Source: Dimorphilus gyrociliatus (lineage: Eukaryota; Animalia; Annelida). From it: 42,947 bases of DNA. Made by a program: the position numbers and the translations under genes. Every line of letters starts with the position of its first letter. The stretch's first letter is position 1. The stretch spans positions 1 through 42,947 of the forward strand of contig CAJFCJ010000194.1 of assembly GCA_904063045.1 (NCBI GenBank), written 5' to 3'. Below are positions 34,476 through 42,947 of this stretch, piece by piece. Below the pieces are notes generated by a model. It was not told where the DNA came from. It saw nothing but the letters and a program-made list of their open reading frames with translations, and did not search any database.

Positions 34476-35200
34476 GTTAGTTAAACATGAGTCGACATCT
34501 ATTTAATTAAATATTTTATGTTAAATCTACCTTAGGACACTGTTTTACAATTTATATACATGACTTATTATAATATTTTATGGAAATATAATAATAATAC
34601 CTTTAAACCTTTTTAATATTTGGTATGACCCCTCTTATTGAAAAGACACAGCTGTTACCTCTTTCTACAACTATTAAACAATTTTCCAACATATTCCGGT
34701 GGAGTACTCTCAAATTCTTGCTGTAATAATTTGGATTAAGGTTAGGGTACAACTACACATTTGTAGACATTTTGTTTGGAATTGAATAAAAAATACTTAT
34801 CATGCTCTGATATTTAAAAATAGGCCAAGTAGTTTCTTTAGAAAATATTTTTTATTGATAAAAAAAACCACACCTCTTTTTCTTTAAAGTCAGTCAGGGA
34901 AGGAAAAAAAAGAATTTTTTTGTCAATACTGAGAGCAATAATTTCTCATAGGCCTAAAAACAACCATTGTTAGAGTTATTTTGGTATGGTTAGGTAAGGC
35001 TTTTGAAATTCTATCATAGTTATGTATGAAAAAAACAAAGAGAATACTTTATTAACAATGATGAATTGGAATATCATATTTGTTTTAAGTAGCCACAATG
35101 AATACAACATCTACTGTAAAATTTGCATTGAAGATCTAGTTTACATAACTATTTGGGGTAATTTCCTATTATGTTTGATAAATGCCATAATTCTCTCCCT

Positions 35201-35609
35201 TACTTTAGGAAAAAAGAACAGCAAAACAGACCTAACCCTAACCCATAACTAAGGTAGGCCTTAATATATCTGAAGTTCAGAGTAATATCTGTGTTTTTTA
35301 TATTCCCTAACCCTAAATTAGAGTGCCTCTAACAATAAATTCATCCAAATATTCAAACTAACCCTTTCCTAAAATGTTTTCAGGCTTGGAAATATTTGCT
35401 AACAGATATGTTCGCACCCAACCCCTCTACATGGTAATAATTATTATTACTAATTCAAAGTAGTTATTCTGTATAGCTCAATATCTAAATAAAAAATTTT
35501 ACAAGGTGGCTGGGGACTTTTGGCCTATACTGTATATTTGGTTCACCCAAAAATTTTTGCCGTTTTTATCTAACAGATAAAAGAAAGAAAAAGGCAAAAT
35601 ATCCTTATT
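35201..35609 (-). repeat. ~420-bp element, copy 2
   Basis: Reverse complement of 33018-33439. Confidence 0.9.
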
Positions 35610-35639
35610 CATAAATTTTAAGTAATGTCTTAGGTGTGT

Positions 35640-35812
35640 CTATTTAGCTTCAAATTTCCCATTGTTGTCAATGCATGTTTGCCAACTGGCGGGAAGCATA
35701 TCAATTTCTTTGGCAAAATATTCAGGTGGCTTGAACTTAAAAAATGCCCTTACTACTGTTATTAATTCATCATCATTTTCGAATATTTGTCCACGAAAAT
35801 GGTCATTTATTT
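35640..35812 (-). mobile_element. mariner transposase C-terminal remnant
   Basis: HFRGQIFENDDELITVVRAFFKFKPPEYFAKEIDMLPASWQTCIDNNGKFE matches the mariner pattern L.G..F....V..W......F..GI..LP.RW.KCV...G.Y. Confidence 0.8.
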
Positions 35813-36156
35813 TTTGGATTTATTTTGTATACACTCTGTATCTTGTGAATCTTGTGTATCTGTTCCTGTAAATCTACTGATTTTTAAATCATAAAATCTG
35901 TAAATTAGGATATAAAATCAATCTTCTTCTAGTCAAAGTTTAGGGTTAATCTTTTTAATATCAAATTATACAGTTCTTTATAGGACTACATATATTGCAC
36001 TGATCAAAGTTTAATGTGCTATAAAATTTTGAATTCTAAGATACAATTTTTAGAAATGGCTTAAAAATACTTCAATAGAAAACTAAAAAGCCAAGTTGTT
36101 TGATTTCTATTCATTAAATAATAGCAAAATTAGTCATTTCTGAATAGTATAACATA

Positions 36157-36288
36157 TGGGACCGGTCAAAAACGGCCATAAATGAAATATTTGAAAGTTA
36201 GATTTCAGCCTGGGAAATGGTTAGGAGGAATAAGATAACTGTTGATATGTTCTTAGGAGGGTCCCATCTAAGGGTTAGAGGTATTCAA
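36157..36288 (-). mobile_element. Truncated copy of the CCCTAA MITE, near-identical to 10310-10442
   Basis: Reverse-complement match that includes the flank ATATGTTATACTATTC. Confidence 0.85.
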
Positions 36289-36326
36289 TTTATTCTCTTT
36301 TGTAAAAGGATTATTTCTTTCTAAAG

Positions 36327-37122
36327 GAGAATGAAAATGAAGAAGGTAAAGAAAAGACAAAAGAAATTGTAAATAATGCAGAAGAAACTGCAGGAAAGCC
36401 AGGTAATAGAAATGATGAAAAGGAAGAGAAATCACAGCAACAACATACTAATCAGGAAGATGTAGCAAAGAAGGCATTAGGTAATTAAAATTTCACATCT
36501 AGATACTGAAATTGTTAGAAATATCATTAAAAATGTTGTAGATTTGAAAAAGGCATATGAAGAAAAAGGTTATAAAAAGTTAAAAGTAGCTATAGACAAA
36601 GCTTCTGTTAAACCAATAAATCCTTTATTAATTAAAGATTTAACAAAAGCTAATGAATTAAAAGCAAATTTGGAAAAAATTCATGGTTTGCAAAAAAGGA
36701 TTTTAAAACTTGATGCAAAATGTATTGCAGAATTAAATCAGTATAATAAACCACCTGCTGTTGTACATCTGGTTATAAAATCAACATTATTGATTTTATC
36801 AATTGATGAAGGACAAACTGATGAATGGAAAGAATGTCAAGTTTTTATTAAATATGCATGCTCTTATTCTATTTTAAAGAAAATTAAAGCTCTTAAAATC
36901 TTAACTGTAGATCCAGCAATCATTCTCAGAGCTGAACAAATAATTTGTGAATTAAATCTGCAAGAAGTCAAGGAGGCAAGTGCAGGTGCAGCAGCATTCT
37001 ATTTATGGTGTAAAGGTAACATTGACATCTATAAAAAGATTAACAAAGAAGAAATAGGAAAATCACAGCCAGCAACCAGAAAAATACAAAAAAATATCTT
37101 TCTATCATCTTTTCATCATTAA
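36327..37122 (+). CDS. Protein with a dynein heavy-chain stalk/microtubule-binding-like domain; last two exons 36327-36480 and 36542-37122; 5' exons not found
   Basis: An acidic exon is spliced in phase 1 to ORF 36544-37122. ELNQYNKPPAVVHLVIKSTLLIL...EWKECQ...ILKKIK...EVKEASAGAAAFYLWCKG resembles the dynein stalk pattern EI.S...PP..V..V...V..LL...W...FL..L...V...S.AA..L..WV.A. Confidence 0.6.
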
Positions 37123-38070
37123 GCTGTTAAGAAGACACTGAGCATGATTGCTTTCTTCATGATAGAAACAATAACATCTCTTGAAAAATAAAAGGAGAAG
37201 AAATATAGCAGATGAACTCCTCAACAATAAGATATTACTTTAATTATGGTTTTATTTGGAATTTTAGATTTTAAATCACTATTCAATAGTGTTGTATACA
37301 CAATACTATTAATATGGATTATTTAGACATGCTTCCTCTGCATACACTGATGCTAAGTTTTTTAAACAGGATAGTTAATTAGATTTATTAAAGTAGAATA
37401 CAAAATGGGTCAAATATATAATCCACATGTTTTCTTGATTGTTGGACTTGCTGTAAGAAAATTGTTACATCTTATGCAACTCTCCAACCTGTGAAATTCA
37501 ATTATTATTTAGAAGACTAGAAATGCACTCTTAACAACTGATAACATGATTGAAGGGATGTATTAAAGCATCTGTTGACTTATTGAAGTAAATCTTGCAC
37601 TTTTAACATGTTTAACATTTTGAAATTCTCTTAATTCAGCATCTGATCAGTTGCCCAAATCTGTATTTAGCTAAGAAATTTTATGAAATGTGTGGACAAA
37701 ATTTTATTTATCAATAAAATAGGCATAGGAGAATAATTATTCTTAATGCAATAAATGAGTTATTAGTAATGATTACTAAAGTTATTAACTTACTACTATA
37801 CAGGTCTACATAATTTGAGTTTTTTTGATAATTGTCAATCAAATAGCTATAAATAGTTCTATAAATAGTTCTTTCACTAGTTTGCCAATGATTTAGTATA
37901 GAAAATAAGATTACATACTTAGGTTAGTTCTATACAATAACACCAATTAATGATTATTTATAAAAATAAATTAATTATCCAATCATCAAATTTGTCCATG
38001 TTTCACATTTGAGTATATAAACTGAATTTTTGTCTTTTACTAATAGTTTGGAAGAGACAATACTTTCAGA

Positions 38071-38969
38071 ATGAGAGTGCTACTCTTATCAATTTTTATC
38101 TCTATGCTTCTTCTACAAGTATCCTATACAGTGTAAGTTTCTCTTCTTTTTTCTTCTATCTTCTTCTGCATTGGAAATTTGTTTTCTAGGAAATATGAAG
38201 ATAATGCCAGATTAATTTATAATTTATTAGGAGACTATGATATTTTCTCTTTTCAAAATGTTAATGTTTCTATAGGATTAAGTTTAACTGATGTCACTGA
38301 AGTTGATGGTGAACTTTTAACTTTTAATGTTTGGCAAAGAATGGTAAAGTATTAATTTGTAAATAAGAAATTCGGTCAAAATATAAGTAATATTCATAAA
38401 AATCATAGTCCTGGGAAGACTTTAGATTACGTTGGTCAGTTGAAGATTACAAAGTCACATCTCTACATTTACCAATCAATAAGATTTGGAGTCCTGATAT
38501 TTTTCTATACAATCAGTAATAGATCATTCACCTATAATCATAAAAATTCTCATATATTCTTGTTTATGTTTTACTAGGGCACGTAAAGATGTTAATCTTG
38601 CCAATGTTCCTGCAATTGTTAAACATAATGGAAACATTTTGTACATTCCTCCAAAACTAATAACGGTATGTTAGAAGAGGTTAGAATGTCTTTTATCATC
38701 TACATTCCATCTATTTTTCAAAGGTAAGATGTCCACTGGATAAGAAAAGAGGAGAATATCATTGCAATTTTAAATATGCTTCGTGGACTTATCACGGAAA
38801 TGAGATAGATGTAAACTTTTACAATGATATGAAAAATATTGACTTTGCAGACTACTATGGAAAATATAGAATTATTAAAAATACTGGTAGACGTAATGTA
38901 AAACATTATGCATGTTGTGAGGAATCCTATCCAGATATCACATTTACTATTATAATGTCAAAAAGTTAA
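38071..38969 (+). CDS. Soluble acetylcholine-binding protein (AChBP)-like, 5 exons (38071-38132, 38190-38343, 38409-38515, 38578-38665, 38724-38969), 218 aa
   Basis: Signal peptide MRVLLLSIFISMLLLQVSYT. All four GT-AG introns are phase-compatible and the exon total is 657 nt. Motifs: VWQRMSWEDFRLRW, IWSPDIFLYN, a short Cys-loop CPLDKKRGEYHC, ASWTYHG, and loop C HYACCEESYPDI. The stop comes immediately after the last beta-strand and there are no TM helices. Confidence 0.9.
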
Positions 38970-40059
38970 AATGTTGAGCTTTGGTATCTTTAATTTTTGA
39001 TTAAAAAAAAATGATGACGTCATAATAAATTCATAATTAATCTATCGCATTTTTATTTATAACTGTATTTTTCAATAATTTTTCAAAATTAAACTTTTAT
39101 CTTTCTTCTTGTTTTTCAACAAGTATTTGTCGATAGATGGCAACACTTACATTCAAGTCAACTTTTCAACAAACAATTATTAATTTTTTAATATCCTTGC
39201 CTCTCCGGCTTTCTCTAAGAAGTGTGAATTTTTCATTTTGATCTGCTTTTTTTTCTTCATTCATTTCAAATGAGTCCTCTATAAAATTATTACAATCCAT
39301 GGTTTCTTTGTAATCATATTACAAGATTCACACAAGCCTTCACTCATTTCTACTTTAATTAAATAAATAAATTAAATATCTTAAAATCCATTAAATGATA
39401 TCCAATACAGGTATGATTGCAAGATAAGCATTTCAATGTCATTTTGGGGAATGGTTCGCAAAGATTGCAAATGTGCCGAGTTGGACTTTTTATGACTCGT
39501 TATTAAATTTTTATTCTTTAGTTAATAGTTTAATTAAATAGGTAAAAAGAATAAAGTATTGTCATTCTTCTAATGCAAAGTAAAATATTTATATTGCTAA
39601 TGACTGATATGACCTTATAATTCGTGGTATATCAGCCTACATTCAGTATTTTTCCTCTGAAAATTAACTGTTACAAGTTTTAAGCAAACCCTGAGCATAT
39701 TTCCAAATTATTTGAAAATTAACTATAGTCAATTTAAATTTACTGAAATCAATATTTATTATAGTTATCGCCATCTAGTGTATGAAAAGTTAACTATTCT
39801 TCAAAGAATACATATTGTAGATTTATCTTATTGACACTATTCTTATCAGTAGAAACGGAAAGTGATTGAATGGTCTTGAACTAGAACTCAATTAATGATT
39901 GTCTGCATTGAAGATATTTTTCCAACAAGTGAGGTGTTTCTTCGTAGAAAGCCTTGCTCTTAATCTTAAGCAAGATGATTGCATCAACATAGCAATTCAT
40001 GCACATTCAAATAATAATCTATATAATCAACTAAAATGATATTGACATCTCTCTCAAAT

Positions 40060-41810
40060 AATTCTTACAGAATTCGAAAGTTAAAAAAATAAACCATTTC
40101 CAATTTGAAAATTAAATGACAAATCAATTATATTTAATTTGTCAAATTTCATCAAAACATCTTTAATCTCTTTACACCTTTTTTCAGTTATACAGTATTA
40201 CACTTTGAAAGTGAAATTTCCCTTAGAGTTTTAGATGATCTTTTCAGCGAATTAATTATATCTGACAAACCTTTTCCCATACAACTATTTAATGAAAGGT
40301 CAATTATTTCAAGACTTGAACATAAGGATAAAAGAATCTGTAAAGAGGAGCAGTAAGATTTAGTAATGTTACAGTTTGATAGATTAATTTCCTTCAAAGT
40401 CGTCCCTGAGTTGGCAAAACCACTACAAATACTCAAGAATCCATTTCCAATTTTTTTATTATTCTTTAAATTTATTACTTCAAGATTACAAAATTTTCTC
40501 ATTTGAATTTCAAAAAAATCCCAATTTTCCCCTTTTAAATCGCAGTTAGAAAAATTCAATTCCTTTAGTGTAGCTGATGATTTTCCCAGTCCATTGCAGA
40601 TGTTTTGAATTCCAGTTCCTAGTCTATTATCAGATATGTTAAATAATTCAATTTGGCAACATTCATTTAATAATTTTTCAATAGGTTTACATAATTTCTC
40701 TGTTAAATCACAATCTGAAAAATTCAATTCCTTTAGCGTACTTGATGATTTTTCCAGTCCATTGCAGATGTTTTGAATTCCAGTTCCTAGTCCATTATCA
40801 GATATGTTAAATAATTCAATTTGGCAACACTCATCTAATAATTTTTCAATAGGTTTACAAAATTTCTCTGTTAAATCACAATCTGAAAAATTAACTTCTT
40901 TCAGCCTGTAAGATGATTTTTCAAGTAGTCGACAAATAGTTGACCAATAATCTTGACCCCATCTACTGTTTGATAAATTGACTTTCTTCAAATTATTATT
41001 TATTTGTAGAATTTTAGTAATATGACCTTTATCTGTATCTGTAGTGTTATTATTTAATATGTTCAAAGTCAATGAAAATTCATTGTTAATATAGTTTTGG
41101 TAATCTATTTCCTTTAGTTGATATTCAACTTTTGGATTTTTAAGTATTGTTAATTGTAGTTTGTTTTTTGAAAAATTTTCTAAATATTCCAATAAATTCT
41201 TCTGTTTGGTGATATCTTTTGAAAGATTCATTAAAGAATCCTCTCTCTGCTTTCTTAATTTTTTAGAAACTTGCCTAATCATTTTGAAATCATTTTGAAT
41301 TTTTAACAAATAATCTTTTCCAATTTGTTCAATTTCACTTAAAAGTTCTTTTTGATTATTCTCTTCAATATTCAAATGAGACTTTATCAATTCCTTATTT
41401 TTCAATTGTCTATTCATCGTTGAAACTTGACATTGCGAATGATCATTGTCAAAGCAAATACTGCATAGATTTTCAATATTGTGACTTATACAAAACAAAG
41501 TAGAGAGTTGTTCATGTTTTTCGCAAAGTTTTTCATCCAGTAGTGCTCTATTTAAAGAATTGGCGAAATAGTTTTTAGGTAATGATGTCCTTACCATCTC
41601 CTTGTTTAATTCATGAAATTCTTCGCAATCGGGACATTTTATTCCTGTTTTAGCAATAAATGTGTTTTTCGCAAAGTTTTGTTCCAGCAAACACTGCAGG
41701 CAGAATGTGTGTTGACAAGGAAGTACTCTATGATCTTTATCTACCCAAGATTCCGAACACAAGGAACATTGAAGACTTTGTTCTTGGATAAAATATCTAC
41801 TGGCAGCCAT
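40060..41810 (-). CDS. RING (C3HC4) - B-box - coiled-coil - RNI-like LRR protein (TRIM-like with LRR C-terminus); frameshift near 40190
   Basis: RING CSLC..VLPCQHTFCLQC..CPDC, B-box CEKH..LFC.SH..LCSIC..DH..C, a heptad region, then about ten 28-aa LRRs. It is intronless. The LRR continues in another frame as ITEKRCKEIKDVLMKFDKLNIIDLSFNFQIGNG after the stop at 40188. Confidence 0.88.
40546..40900 (-). repeat. Recent 168-bp tandem duplication inside the LRR array
   Basis: GAATTCCAGTTCCTAGT occurs at 40607 and 40775 (period 168 nt = 56 aa). The units are nearly identical. Confidence 0.95.
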
Positions 41811-42447
41811 TTTGTTTTTTTCTGAAGCTTTTGTAATAAAATAATAAATTCATTGATAACATATTTTTATTATCTATGTTTAGGTGATATGAAGGAAATA
41901 TGCTTAGTATTGAATATTCACTACTGTCATCTAGCAGAGAAAACCAAATCGGAAATTGATAGCACTAGAAAAAAAGTATGAGAAGGCCTATGAAAAGTGG
42001 ATGTAATATTACCAATAAAATCACATATTCCAATGAATCAGTATAGAAATCTGATTAAATTATAATTATTTAAATACACTGCAAAAAGAAATTTAAACTG
42101 CAATGAAATTCATCTTCATTACTCCAACAATGATTTCTACCATACAAAATTTATGCTTTGAGTATAAAAAATTACCATTGCAGTTTCTTTTATTGCAGTT
42201 GAATATTCATTAAGAATAGGAGAGACATAAGAAAGCTAATGGCTTTCTGCCTGAGAGATGGCACAATGGAATAAACATTAACAAGAACCATCTAAAGGAT
42301 TAGATAAATTTTTAAGAGATCGCTCTTGTGAAGATAGGCATGTCAGAAAGAAAGAGATGCTATACATCAATCTCTTGTAATTGTACCTTTTTAAAAATTC
42401 TTCACTATCCTGTTTATACCTAGCCAAAAATTTTGCTGATATATCAA

Positions 42448-42947
42448 TTAATTGAGAAGTGTGAAAATGTCTCCATTGGTTGAATATGACATTACATTTT
42501 TTTTTACCTTACAAATTCTTCTTAAATCTTTAAAATCAATGAGTTGATTTTGAGTTATATGACATTCAGACAAATCAACTAATCTTATACAAGGCCAAGA
42601 ATGATTTGACAGCCTATTCATTTCTTTAATCTTTAATGAAATATATACATTTTTACTCAAGTTAATTTCAATTATTGAGCAACATTTTGCTAATAAATTT
42701 GTCAAATTTAAAAAATCTCTATCTATTTCACAATCAGAAGCTTTGAATATTTGTAATGATTTGAATGATGATATTTCTAATCCTTACAAATGATATTAAA
42801 TGAACTTGAGTATTTATTCAGACATATAAATTCCTTCAATGTTGTACATTTACCAAGAAAATGTTCAAGAGTTTTTGAGTTTGAAGCAGTGTTTAATGAT
42901 ATTTTTACAAGTGTATGGTATATGTTAGCTAGACCATTGAGCAATAT
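42448..42947 (-). pseudogene. 3' end of another RNI-like LRR gene, frameshift near 42780
   Basis: ILLNGLANIYHTLVKISL...LGKCTTLKEF...IICK, then a shifted frame GLEISSFKSLQIFKASDC...LLAKCCSIIEINLSKN...LVDLSECHI. It runs off the window. Confidence 0.75.

Noticed and set aside
39030-40000. Possible B-box-like gene fragment on the minus strand (CNLCEPFPKMTLKCLSCNHTC)
   Set aside because: I could not build a consistent exon chain, so it is too weak to call.
55-42705. Many 60-110 aa ORFs antisense to the genes and TEs above (e.g. 55-252, 4909-5112, 9036-9263, 11494-11712, 21152-21463, 27073-27291, 38718-38906, 41613-41825)
   Set aside because: They are shadow frames with no motifs and are explained by coding sequence on the opposite strand.

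Overview
AT-rich eukaryotic (invertebrate) genomic DNA with very short GT-AG introns (about 52-77 nt) and two N gaps (13690-14092, 33755-34424). No rRNA, tRNA or CRISPR array was seen. The fibrinolytic-type protease, AChBP-like gene and compact introns suggest a spiralian, possibly an annelid with a compact genome; this is inference only. The window is a transposon-rich patchwork. Apparently intact genes: two convergent fucosyltransferase-like genes inside a ~1 kb near-perfect inverted repeat, a 5-exon soluble acetylcholine-binding-protein-like gene, a discoidin (F5/8C) gene and a stand-alone dynein-stalk-like gene. A RING-B-box-coiled-coil-LRR gene is nearly intact. Degraded genes: three more RNI-like LRR genes, a serine protease 3' end, VWD and HEPN fragments, and a third fucosyltransferase copy lacking its start codon. 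Mobile DNA: two divergent envelope-like genes resembling class III (gB/rhabdovirus G-type) fusogens, one followed by an LTR-like segment that has a solo copy; a BEL/Pao gag-PR-RT fragment; several FLYWCH-MULE (Phantom-like) remnants; a Mutator-type MITE family with 9-bp TSDs and telomere-like CCCTAA repeats; Tc1 and mariner remnants; and an unidentified dispersed family with hydrophobic coding remnants. The best candidates for novelty are the env-bearing retroelement lineages, the inverted-repeat-bounded fucosyltransferase cassette and the TRIM-LRR architecture. All family assignments come from motif recognition by eye; no database search was run.
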